A stretch of 64,000 nt of DNA from Hyaloraphidium curvatum SAG 235-1 (lineage: Eukaryota; Fungi; Monoblepharomycota). The stretch spans positions 620,001-684,000 of the forward strand of contig JAIVFI010000016.1 of NCBI GenBank assembly GCA_025558095.1, given 5' to 3'. A program made the position numbers and the translations under genes. The notes beneath the pieces were generated by a model. The model did not search any database. It was not told where the DNA came from and saw nothing but the letters and a program-made list of their open reading frames with translations. Within the stretch, counting starts at the first letter, position 1; the number at the start of each line of letters is the position of its first letter. Below are positions 47,188 to 58,388 of this stretch, in pieces.

Positions 47188-48521
47188 TCACAGCCGCTCG
47201 TTCCCGCCCGCCCCGCGGAGCCACCGCCTGAACCACGATACGCACTTTTCGGTCATGTCCGGCGTGACCTCGTGGCCCGCCGGGAACACCGCAAGCTCGA
47301 ACGCGTCCTCGTTGAAGTAGAGGAAGTCGTACGCCTCCTTGGTCCTCGCCACGGTATCAAAGGGAGGCTGTTGGGAAAGGATCAGCCCATTTCTCGCCAG
47401 CAGTAGCCGGCGAACCCACCCGTCCGTCGATTCCCGCGATCGGATTCCTCGGATCCCGCTCCCCGTTGATCGCGCAGCACGCCCTGGGAGCCAAGCTGGG
47501 CACGGTCCTCTGCGCGTCCCACTTGTCGAGGAGACCGGGCGCGATCCGGTCGTACGTCCGGCGGACGACGTCGGCGGTGATTTCGGTGCCGGCTTCCTGG
47601 GCGGCGAGGGTGAACGGAGGGAGGATGGTGTCGATCCGGGGGCGGTAGTACTCGGGCGACTTGAGGGAGAAGGTGAAGGACTGGAGGCCGATCTGTGAGG
47701 TGCGATGAGAAACGAACTGCAAGGGGAGATGGTCGGGCACCAACGATGGGCACGATGGTCCTGTAGCGCGTGTCGGCCGCCGCGCTGAGCCACGAGATCA
47801 TTCCGCCAAGGCTGATCCCCGTGATCCCGAGCTTGAGATGGTCCATTTCACGCCGGGGATCGTCCGAGGGCAGCGAAGCACGGTCCTCGCCCACGCAGGA
47901 TATCCAGTCGGCGACTTTGTGGCAGTCCCACACCGAGTCAAGGAGGAATGGCTGGCAGGATCCCGGCTCGCGCCAGGCCCGGGCCAGGGCGGCATGGTAG
48001 ATCCTAAGAACGTCGGCCCGGACCTGGGCGTCCGTGCGCGCGTCCGGGCCCGGGAGGGTCTCGATGCCGATGCCTGGCTCGGAGGACACGGCCCGTTCGC
48101 CGTGGTAACGGGCGTCGATCGTGACACAGCAGAAACCGTCGCCGACGAGGCGCACTGCGAGGTTCTTGACCGCCTCTTGCCCCGAGCCGGTGAAGTGAAT
48201 GACGAGGATTGTCGGCAGCGGCTTCCCGGCCTCCTTGGGACGCAGCACCGTGAGCGGCACCTTGCCGTTGTCGCTGCCGAGCTCGGTGGTGAGCACGAAC
48301 GAGTCGACGCGCAGCCCGGCGGCGGCGGGCAGCTTTGCCAGCGCGGCGGCGACCCGCGGCGGCACTGCCCCGCGGCGCGTCACCGGCAGCGGCGAGGGAG
48401 GCAGCTGTGGTGGCAAGCGAGGACTCAAACTCCGGACCGCATTGCTCGCCCAGGAACCGCGACTCACCTGCTTCCGCGAGCGTCGGAGGAAGTCCTGGAA
48501 CTCGGAGGCCACGTCCGCCAT
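47188..48521 (-). CDS. Alpha/beta hydrolase (multi-exon)
   Basis: IDARYHGER, GITGISLGGM nucleophile elbow, NGERDPRN, GHEVT. Confidence 0.9.
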
Positions 48522-48872
48522 TCTGCACGTCGGAGTCGCTTCTCGGCACGAAGTGGAGCCGGTGAGTCAAGTGCTTCGGGGATCGCCACTGTTTACGCCG
48601 CGCGTCGATCATCATCCTCGTCTGTCGCCCAGCGCAGCTTCCTCATTCTTTCCGCTCACGGCCTCGTCACTGCGGACAAGCACCGCACCACCGACTTCAG
48701 CGAATCCGAATGGCTCGCCATTATCCCGTCTGCGCCCCAGGGTGCCACGGGCGCGGTCTTCCGCGGCGACGACGGGGAGCCGTTCCGTGCTCCGCTGGAC
48801 CGCGCGACGCTGCTCCGCGAAGTCGGCCGCCGCAGCCGTTTGCTGCTGTTCGAGGCCCGCGTGCACTTCTAC

Positions 48873-50186
48873 ATGGCTCCGTGGGCCTCGAGGCCCGTGA
48901 TCAGGAGCCTTCTCTTTACCGTCTCGGGAATGGTCGTTGTGTTCTCACCCCTAGCGTTTGAGGGCGGCCTATACGCGTCGCCTCAGCTGGCAGCCGGATT
49001 TTTCGGCTCCCTGGTGGTAGTTGCAATGTCACCTGCAATCTTCTTGTTTGCTTCATTTGCACGCCTGTACACGTACTTCGCGCCGGCGAAAGGCAAGACC
49101 GGTGCCGGTCAATCAGCCTCCATTCCGGAACCCGATTACAGCCCACATGCGCTGGCGGGGCTCGCCCGGTGGTCGCAGCTAGTCGATGAACAAGATTCCG
49201 CTGCGAAACGGGACGCAGAGTCCGTCGCGGCCATCGGCACCCCCTCTCTGCTCCTCCAACACCAGCAGGGCGATTCACTTTGCCCCTGTGTGGCGCCCGC
49301 CTGCACTGGTTCCCTCCTTCGGAGCGCTCCCCTGCTGGGCTTCCTCGAAGCTGTCACACGAATGACTGTCACTTCTGCTGGCTTCGTTCTGGCCCTGTCG
49401 AATCCTCTGCTTGTGCACGGCGGCGCGTTTTGGGCCTCTTGGTGGGCCGTTTCAGGAGCCTTGGCCCTGTTGGCGCTCCTGAACTATGTACCCGTCAACG
49501 TGATGGGTCGCTTTACCACCAACGCCTCCTTGCTCCGCCTTTCCCTCCGGATCCAGCGCCGGGCGATGTTCGTGGCCCTCCGCGACTTCATCGATTCTTT
49601 CGACCGGGCCATCTTTGGAGGGGAGGCGAGCACCGAGCTTCCGGACGCACGACTCTACCCCAAGCTCCACTACAGGCTGGCGGATACCTGGGAGAAGCGC
49701 GTCCCTTTCCTAGTTTCGGGCCGCCTTTTCCTTGGCCTGGTATCCATAACGTTCGCCTTACCCACCGTGGTCAACCTCGCCGTCGGATCCTGCATCCCGG
49801 CCTACTCGGTCGTCCTTCTCGTCTTGTTGCTGGTTGTCACGATCACGGACCTCACCCACGTCGCCCTCTCCAACGAGCAGATCGAAAAGATCACGGAGCT
49901 GTACCGGCAGGCCCAGACCGGGATCCGGGACAAGCTCGTGCGCGCGCGTCGTCTGCCCCCGGACCCGGCCCGCGCGCCGCTGCTGGAGGCGCTGCGGGAG
50001 CACGACCGGCTGCTCGAGTCGTTCAGGGAGGTCGCGGGGTTCCGCGGCCGGTTCCTGGGGTTCGTCGTGGATTTCGGCGTGCTGCGGACCTTCCTGGTGA
50101 CCGTGTTCACGCTGCTCGTCGGGTTGTGGTCCATCCTGCGCGGATCGATCGTCTTCACGCTCGACTCTGTGTGCCCAAGTAGATGA
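48873..50186 (+). CDS. Seven-TM membrane protein, candidate GRL/7TMIC (gustatory-receptor-like) family; frame is open upstream of this first in-frame ATG
   Basis: Seven hydrophobic segments, long loops, C-terminal GFVVDFGVLRTFLVTVFTLLVGLW. Confidence 0.7.
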   Translation: MAPWASRPVIRSLLFTVSGMVVVFSPLAFEGGLYASPQLAAGFFGSLVVVAMSPAIFLFASFARLYTYFAPAKGKTGAGQSASIPEPDYSPHALAGLARWSQLVDEQDSAAKRDAESVAAIGTPSLLLQHQQGDSLCPCVAPACTGSLLRSAPLLGFLEAVTRMTVTSAGFVLALSNPLLVHGGAFWASWWAVSGALALLALLNYVPVNVMGRFTTNASLLRLSLRIQRRAMFVALRDFIDSFDRAIFGGEASTELPDARLYPKLHYRLADTWEKRVPFLVSGRLFLGLVSITFALPTVVNLAVGSCIPAYSVVLLVLLLVVTITDLTHVALSNEQIEKITELYRQAQTGIRDKLVRARRLPPDPARAPLLEALREHDRLLESFREVAGFRGRFLGFVVDFGVLRTFLVTVFTLLVGLWSILRGSIVFTLDSVCPSR

Positions 50187-50432
50187 GGTGAATGAGGTTG
50201 GCTTTCATCACGGATCTTGGTGCCTCGAACACTTTGCCGTACGCCTGCACGGGCTGGGAAAGAGGACCAGGTCTGTATTCGAAGTCTAGAGTAACGAATA
50301 GCGAACAATCGGTGCGTCGAAGAGCTTGCTGCAGGATTCGGAGCCGATTGTTTACATGCGCGTCTCCCCGGCGACTACGAACTAACCAACGCGTCGCTCT
50401 GTGTCTCTGCCCTCTCGTTGCGCCTTCTTGTC

Positions 50433-50999
50433 ATGGGATTCTTCCATAGTCTCTGGCTCCGGCCCGCGGACGCAGAACAGGACGCGTTGCTGTCGCGGAT
50501 CATCGAATACGAGAGTCACAGCAAGCCGGGCACTTCGCACCCGTTCACGCCGCACGCGACCCTCTTTTCGCTGGACGCGGGGCAGGATGCCGGCACGGAG
50601 GAGGTGGTGGCTCGGCTCGAGGCGGCAGTCGCTTCGTGGGCCGCGTCCGGGGGGCGGGCGAGGGGCAAACCGTTGGTGCTCACCTCGGCTGGCGCGGAAA
50701 CTGGGAAGCACTTTTTCCAGTGCGTGCTCCTGCGAATCGAACCCTCCGAGGACCTGCTCGCGCTGCGCAAGAGCGCGTGTGACGCGTTCCCGCCTGCTCC
50801 GGACACGTACTTTCCGCACATTTCGCTCGTCTACGGGGACCTGCCCGATGACGTGAGGGAGGGGATCGTCAAGGAAGTGGCACAAAGGTGGAGCAACAAG
50901 GTGACGGGCGAGATCCCGTGCGACCGCGTGGAGATTTGGAAGTGCACCACGGAGAAGACGACGCTCGGATGGGTCAAGGTCGGCGAGGTACGCCTCTAG
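50433..50999 (+). CDS. 2',3'-cyclic nucleotide phosphodiesterase (2H CPDase, CPD1-like)
   Basis: SLWLRP, FTPHATL, YFPHISLVY (two HxT/S motifs), HFFQCV. Confidence 0.92.
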   Translation: MGFFHSLWLRPADAEQDALLSRIIEYESHSKPGTSHPFTPHATLFSLDAGQDAGTEEVVARLEAAVASWAASGGRARGKPLVLTSAGAETGKHFFQCVLLRIEPSEDLLALRKSACDAFPPAPDTYFPHISLVYGDLPDDVREGIVKEVAQRWSNKVTGEIPCDRVEIWKCTTEKTTLGWVKVGEVRL

Positions 51000-51082
51000 A
51001 GCAACCTCGAGAGCCTAAGTTCAGAGTGTGCGATGTAGACCGAAATGTACTTCTGGCCTTCGGCGCTATTCAATCCTTCTCC

Positions 51083-52138
51083 TCATATCGGATCACCCCA
51101 CTCGTTCCTCTTCAGCAACCCCCTCCTCTCCATCTCCTCCCGCTCTTCCCTCGTCCTAGCAAACAATCCCGCCCCCCCCTCCACCATTCCCGTCTCCTCC
51201 ATCGGCCGCGACGGCACCATCGTCGTCCCCTGCACCTCCTGCTCCCCTCCGCGCCGCGCTGCAGCTTCGCGGCGGACGCGCTCCCATGCGCTTGGCTGGG
51301 CGCCGGCGCGGCGGCGGATCTCGGCCCAGGATGTCGTGCCCTGGGGGGCGGGGAGGTCGTACGGGTCGACCTCGGCGTCGGCGGAGTCGGAGGTGGAAGG
51401 TGGGGGGGCGGTGGCGATTGGGGAGGGCGCGGGAGGCGGGATGTAGAACGGATCCGCAACCGGGCGGAAGGAATAGTCCGGCTGTCGCGAAACTGGGTTC
51501 CCGGGGGGAGCTTCGTCAAATGGCCGCGCTGGAGGGGAATACTGCGGCGCCGGATCGAAAGTCGTATCCGCCGGGAAAGGGGAAGAAGGCGCAGGAGGAG
51601 GTGCCATGGGAACGGGACCTTGCCCGGCCGGCAGACCACGGGGCGTGCTGAGGGAGAAGGATTAGACTCGAGCAGTAGCAAGGTCTGCTAGGCGAAACAA
51701 CATACCGTCCCATATTGCGCTCCAGAATCATCCGCCGGAGCTCCGAATCGGGCGGCAGCTCCCTCACTGTGGGTGGAACAGACGCCCGCAGCCGTCAGGA
51801 AGACAGATATCCGACGACGCCGACCGCAACCCACTCAAAGACCATCTTTGGAACGCCCCAAACAGCTGCATCCCCGCCGCCGCCCCTCCTGCGAACCCCA
51901 CGACCGCGAGTCCGGTCCCAGCTGCCGCCGGCGCGTTGGGAGGTAACCGAAGGGCCAAATAGCGTCCCAGTTGCGTTCCGACGAATCCCGAGATGAGGAT
52001 CATGTCGGTTTTGTACGAATTGAGGGATTTGGCAGCCTTGATAGCCTTCTCTTCCGCCGGAGTTGGCTTGTAGCCGGGAGGGGCGACCGACCCGGTGGAC
52101 CCGGCAGCGGGCGGAGGGGGTGGCATCGTGCTCGCCAT
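51083..52138 (-). CDS. Hypothetical protein with two N-terminal TM-like segments (multi-exon)
   Basis: MASTMPPP exon; last exon with SWAEIRRRA / SAWERVRRE and RNEWGDPI*. Confidence 0.6.
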
Positions 52139-52310
52139 GGCGCAGAGGATGGACGTGCGGATGTGCCGAGTGATATCCGAATGCCAGATACGAGGATCTC
52201 GGGCTCCACTGGGTGGAGTGTCCGATGTTGGATCGCGTTGTTGGCGTCGCAAGCGCGCGAGTGAGCCACCTCATCGATCACCTTCCACTTCCACGCAGAA
52301 CGAGGGAACG

Positions 52311-52785
52311 ATGGCGGAGGAAGCTCAGAGGGATACGAACGAGCCTCTCGCTGACGAGGACGTGACAGACCGTGTGGTGTCAATGACCGAGGAGCTTTCG
52401 AAGCGCCACGACAAGAAGGTTCTTCGCTCGATGGCACCAATGTCTGGCGCTGACGCCTCGTGAAGGAACCCGCCCACGTCAAGGCAGAGCACGAGCGCTT
52501 GTCCACTTTCCCCGACGAGGAGAAGTTCGACCCCGAATCGGACGTCGCCGTGTCCATGCTTCGCCAGCGTCGCGACTCCGGGTCCCAAGTGGCCAGCGAG
52601 AGGGGCAAGAGCGCCGTGGACACCTTCGGGATGGCCGACACCCTCAACGAAGTGAATGTCCGATGCGCGTTTGGCATTGCTTCCCGATCTGACTCTCCCT
52701 GCAGGGCGAGGCCATGTTGGAAGAGAAGAAGCAGATCATGGGCGCCGGCCAGAGGACGGGTCACCAGGTGCAGCCGGACATCTGA
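52311..52785 (+). CDS. Small hydrophilic hypothetical protein (3 exons)
   Basis: MAEEAQRDTNEP...; in-frame joins by eye; ends GHQVQPDI*. Confidence 0.55.
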
Positions 52786-52840
52786 CCAAAGGTCGTTGAA
52801 AGCGTGTCTTCCGTTCCGATACACGGCCTGCCGCTCTTGC

Positions 52841-54170
52841 TCACGAAGACTCTACCGGCTTCTCGGCTTCGGCCGGGGCCGCAGCCGGTGCCTCGGCCGG
52901 CTTCTCCGCCGCCGCCTCGGGCTTGGCTTCCTCCTCCTTCTTGTCCTCCTTCTTCTCTTCCTCCTTGTCCGAGTCGGAATCAGAACCGGAGTCCGATGAC
53001 GACTCGTCCTTCTCCTCCTTGCTCGAGGCGGCCAGGGTGCCGCCCTGCGTCTCGGCGTTGTGCTTCTTGGCGTCCTCGAAGGCATCACGGAACTTGTTGG
53101 CGTCTGCATAACTCAAAAGTTAACCAAAGCCCCTTTTCAAGTGGTCCATCGAGCGAAACACCCACTCTCGCTGTTGGCGAAGCGAATGGCGAGCAGTTCC
53201 GGCCTTGCTTCCCCCTCAGAAAAGTCGGCGGCCACGTGCCACACCCATGACCTGTCCGAGCCGACGTTGGGCGCCAAGGACAGCTCGGGTGCAACGTAGT
53301 GGTTCGCGCAAAGCTTGTGGGTCTTGTCACGGCGCATAAGCAGGCGGATCTTCTTGGTCTCCTTGTGCTTTAGCAGCTTCACGTCGCCCGTGCCGCGCTC
53401 CTTCCATTCGCCGGCGGGCTTGTCGAAGCGGAACAGCTTGGCGCGCCTGGCAGCCGAACAAGTGAGGCGCCGGCTTCCCCAACCCGGCAATGAAATACAC
53501 CCACATCTTGAACTCGACGTCCTCATCCTCCTCGAAGGTCTTGACGTCGTCCAACTGCTCCAGCTTCATGACGGGCTCAAAGTGGACGTCCGGGGACGGG
53601 GCGACCTCTCCATCGTCGGCCCCGCCGGCATCGTTCTCATCCTGACGAGCAAAGCGTGGAGAGCGGTAAGAAAATGGCGACAAAGCAGATCGCAGAGGGG
53701 GCGGAGGAGGAAGACGGGAGATCAGCACGTGTCCCAGGAACGGCTACCAAAGGGCCATGCCCCGGACCGCGGGCGGCCCATCCGAGACGCAGAATCCCCT
53801 CTTCGAAAGCAACTTCGAGGCGACGGAGGGGAAGCACCCGGATCGCGCACTTCGGCGCTCGTCCGCTCCCCAGGGCCCGTTTTCCTTCCTCGGTCCCGCC
53901 CGTCTGGTCCGCAGCATTCCGCCCCTCCACGGCCCCAACCGGGGCCTAGTTGCGCGAGTGTTGCCTCCAAAAGAGCGCCCGACGCGTCGAATCGCAGACA
54001 GAGCGGACCAAAAGGCGCGAAACGACGGCCCCGAGAGAAAGGAGCCCACGCCGGGTTCCATCCCATTCCCCTCGTTCCTGGTCTCGCTCCGCCGCCAATG
54101 CCGTGCGGCGCGGGGGGCCTGTCCTTTGGCCGCCATTTCTCGCGCCTCTACTCACTTCCCGGTCCGCCAT
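52841..54170 (-). CDS. YRB1: Ran-binding protein 1 (RanBP1), multi-exon
   Basis: [61 protein letters not shown]; first exon MADRE|GTGAGT. Confidence 0.93.
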
Positions 54171-54850
54171 TGTGGGTGCTCCTGAAGGTGAACAAAGGCC
54201 AGGGACGAAAGGCGCTGGTGCCGGCATCTACCGCCCCGCTGCGATCCCATTGCATCCCACATCGCTGCTTTACTTCGTGCAATCATTTCCATCGAGTAGT
54301 ATGTATCTCGCGTGAGTCCAAGGCATCAAGCCCCGGCCAGCTGTGACAGACAACTCGGCAGAACCGAATAGGATCGGTGTGTAGACCCGATCGCCCTGAC
54401 AGGGTCAAGAAAAACGAGTCAACTTTCGTTCTAGATTGATCTTCTTGGTCTCCCAAGAAGACTGCAGCTGGTTTGGAGCTGCATGGTGTTGGCGCACTCG
54501 GGACCTTCATCCATGAGCTGGACATGGATGTGGAGCCAGGACGGTGTAGCGGGAACCGAATGTATTGCTCTAGTTTCGATCGATGCAGTACAAGGCCAGA
54601 AGAAGTATGTTGCCGTGTCGGATGGGAAGTCCAAGGGCCCAGCGGCCGTCGAGGTGGGGTCCTGTGCGGCGCATGTTTGGCTGGTGTTGTTTACTCGCGT
54701 AATTCGGACCGGCTCCCTGAGCTCCTGCTGCCCTTGCGTTCGGCCGGGCCGGGCAGGCTGAGAAAGGCCGAAGAGGCGCTTTCGGAGCTGCGGTTCGGGC
54801 GGGGGAGCCCGCGGAAGTGCCGGGGGAAACCGGGCACTGGACCGACCAAC

Positions 54851-56991
54851 ATGCCCTCCGGCATGTCGGGGCCAAACCGGGTGGCGGTTGCCTTCCTGGC
54901 GGCCGTCTGGCTCGGATATGCCTCTTCAATTGCCTCGGCGCAGCTCATGGCGTGCCGGGACATGGTTGTGCCCCGTCTCACGGACGGAAATGTGCCAACT
55001 GCGCCGGTGCTCATGTCACCAGGGCAGCCGCGCTACGAGTCGGTGCTCTCCGCGGACGGCAACCTGGAGTTCTACCTGCAGTCGTACCCAGGCGTCGGCC
55101 CCAGGGAGAAAAACGCCTTCACCAGGGACCTCCAGCTGGTCCTCGCCGGGCCCAACGCGACGACGTGGGACAAAGCGCTCGGGTCGTCCCCGAGCGGGTG
55201 CCGCCTGTTTTCGCCCCGGTTCAGGTTCACAGAGTTGCCGCTGGACGCAACGGTGACCACGGCTCCGGAGCTGGCCAGCCCCAAGGGGCAGGGCGTGACG
55301 TCGACGTGCTACTTCAACATCCGCTTCGCGCTCTCCTGGCAGGAGTTCCTTACCGCGCGCGGATTGGGCATGTGTGGCTTCTCCAGGAGTGTGGAAAAGA
55401 CCGAGGCGATGAACCAGACGGCCACCTTCGAGGTCTTTTCGGGCAGCGTCCACTGGCGTTGGGCCGACTACGACAACTTCACCGCACCGTCTCCTGTGCG
55501 GCCCGTCTCGACAGCCTGGAACCCGGTCACGATCAAGATCCAGAAGGTGGCTGCCCCGGTCGCTAACAACACGCCGAGCCAGGCCGTGGCCTCGAACGTG
55601 AACCTCAGTGAGTAACCGTCAGGCCTGTCACCTCGTGCCCACCTGATCTCACTTCGCCAGCTGCCGACCCGTTCCGCGTGACGAGCTTCACCTACAAAAA
55701 GTCCAGCACTGGACTCGTGACGGCCACCATCGCCTACAACCTCTCGACCCACTACCCGTACTACCCGTTCTTTGCCAGCGAAGCTTCGGGTGCCTACCGT
55801 GACGGAAGCCAGCTCCTCCGCGGCAGCGACGGCTCCTACGCCGGCCTGCGGCTCAACCTGTACCCGAACGCAACGTGGATCAACTCCTACTCGGACGGCC
55901 GGAACGGACGGGACTGCAACAAGCCCGGCGACAACTGCACCATGGAGGGCATCCTAACCTTCAGCTGGAGGCCTATGAAGGGCTCCGTTCCGGACTCGTG
56001 CCGCCTCTTCTCGCGCTCCCCGCAGCAATTCGACCTGCGCCTCGGGTGCATGGGCGCCTCGGCCGACGCGTCGGTCAGGTGCGGCTCGGCCATGAGGGAC
56101 GTCGTGAACGACACGACCTTGGGCCAGTTCGTGATCGACGGCGACGTGGACTTTTGCGCCAGCTCCAGGACCGACCTCGGGGTCACCTGGGAGAGACAGT
56201 TCCAGGTCACCGCGTCCGACGCCACCGCGGGGCAGGCGATCGTGTCCTCGGGGTCCTTCTCGAGCCCGGTCGTGCTGCAGGGCATCTGGCTGCGGGAGTT
56301 CCGCGTCAGCAGGAGCGATCTGAAAGGGGACGGCTACTGGTCTCTGTGGAGCGAGCGTGTCGACTCGAGCTCCGACCCCGACGGGTCCCGCACGCGCATG
56401 GGCGTCGCCGCGGGGTTTTCCCGCGCCTACACCGACCTCATGCGCAACGGGCGCAACTGGGACGTGACGACCTCGTTCACGCCCAACATCCGCGTCGCCA
56501 CCCGCGCCCCGGGGAGCACCTACGACGACGCCGACCGGAAGGAGGCCATGATCGTGCTGCCGGCCGACAAGGGCGGGAACTTCAGCCTGAGCGTCAACGT
56601 GTCGCTGCGGTTGATGTACGACCTGGGCACCATGATGGGTCCGGGTGCTGGTGGCAGGAGGCTGGTCTACAGGGAGGCGCAGGTGGTCGGGTCGCCGTCG
56701 CCGGTCGGGGACCTGTCGGTCTCGTCTGGCGCGGTCGTGGTCACGGTGCCCGAGAGCATCAAGACCAACGCGGACGGCACCCTCGATTCGTCCTCAACGT
56801 CGGGGCCCTTCACGTCGCAGGTGATCGTGATGATTTCGGTGATGGGCACGGTGCTGCTCGCCGGGATCGCCGGGGCCATCTGGACGGGGGTCAGGGAGAC
56901 GAGGCACCTGCGCGACAGGGACGCCGCTGCCCGGGCGGGGGGGACGGATTGGCACTCGGCGTCCGCGACGGCGACTTTGAGGCGCATTTGA
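54851..56991 (+). CDS. Type I membrane glycoprotein of unknown family (intron about 55608-55660)
   Basis: Signal peptide; Cys-containing, beta-rich ectodomain with many N-x-S/T sites; C-terminal TM VIVMISVMGTVLLAGIAGAIW. Confidence 0.78.
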
Positions 56992-57045
56992 ACGTAGATT
57001 TGTTGATGTAGATGCCGAGAGAGATGCATGATGCTGCCGATGGAT

Positions 57046-58017
57046 CTACTCCGTGCCCGCAAACAGCCAGCGCATGCAATCCTCCGGCAGCTCCTTCCCC
57101 AGCTTCTCCAGCATCCTCTGCACGTCCTCCTCCCTCAGCTTCCCCCTCCACCCGCCGACCTCCCCCCTGTTGATGAACCTCCTCCCCCCGCCCTCGAAGT
57201 GCACCCTCAGCGCGGACCCGAGCTCGTCCTACTCGCGCTTCATCTCCCCGAACCGCGCCTTGGCTCCGAGCGCCGGGAACTTTGCCTCGTCGATCGGTAT
57301 GCCGAGGAAGGCGGCGATCTGCCGCATGCCGCCCTCGAGGTCGGCGATGCGGTCCTCGTACCGCATCAGGAGCACGTTGGGCATGGTGCGGAGGCGCCAC
57401 CACGAGAGGAGGTGGTTGGCGTACGAGGAGCACGGGAAGGTGGCGTGCGGGTGGGCGGGGCCGGCGCCGTCGGCCGAGAGCCACTGGGCGAAGAAGTCGG
57501 CGGGGTCGGGGGAGAACGACGTGCGGGCGTGGAACGGGTGGCCGACGGTCTCGTCGAGGGAGGAGATGCGGGCCCATGCGGCGTCGGAGAGGCCAAAGAG
57601 GTGGTTCATCCAGCTCATGCATGCGTCGCGGGGGTCTCGGACGACGACGAGGTACTTGACGTCGTCGTAGAGCGGCACGCCTTCGGCGGGGGTGTGCGTC
57701 TTGACGAACCTCCGGTGCGCCTGCGATTCGACGGCCGCGATCGAGGCGCCCTCGGGCATCGTGTGCATGTCGAGCCACGGCGAGATCGCCATCACGTCGC
57801 GCGGGGACGGGTCCTGGAAGACCAGGAGGTCGACGATGCGCTGCGTCCAGGTGGTGCCGCTCTTGGGGTAGGTCGAGATGACGATATCGCCCTTGCGGGG
57901 CACGGAGGCTTCCCAGCGCTTCGAGTCGGTGAGCCAGTCGAGGTAGTGCTTTGTGGCGGGGATGACGGGGAGGGGCGCGTTGCCGGCGGTCTGGGGGGCG
58001 GATTCCTGCGAGGGCAT
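57046..58017 (-). pseudogene. Bacterial-type aryl sulfotransferase interrupted by an in-frame TAG at 57229-57231 (nonsense allele, readthrough or sequence error)
   Basis: YPKSGTTW, FVKTH, RDPRDACMS, YED; after the TAG the frame continues DELGSALRVHFEGGGRRFINRGEVGGWRG...CMRWLFAGTE*. Confidence 0.8.
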
Positions 58018-58388
58018 CTCGGGATGCCGGGCCTGTCAGCTGATAGATGATGCGGAGAGCAGATCTCGGTGTCGAAGAATGAAGGCGAGCACTGGAGGGC
58101 GAACTCGCCTCATATACGCGCCAGGCATCGAGCTGTGCATGCGGGTCTGCATTCATCGCCGTGCGCCGGGCTGTTCCCGCAGAGCAGGCAATCTGCAAAC
58201 GGGCGCATCCAGGCAGATGCTGAGCATGTGACGTAGCCGGGCCCCTGTTGTGTTCTCGCGAGTTTCGTCAGCTTAGGCCGCGAGAACTCTGAACCGCGGC
58301 AGCACGCGACGCGACCGGCTCCACAAGCGGATCTCCCTGTCCCGCCCACTCCCGTCCCCTCACCGCGTCATCCCTCCGCGAAACCAAA

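Noticed and set aside
27950-58017. Bacterial contamination as the source of bacterial-like genes
   Set aside because: Several carry spliceosomal introns and all are interleaved with clearly eukaryotic genes (RanBP1, ISN1)
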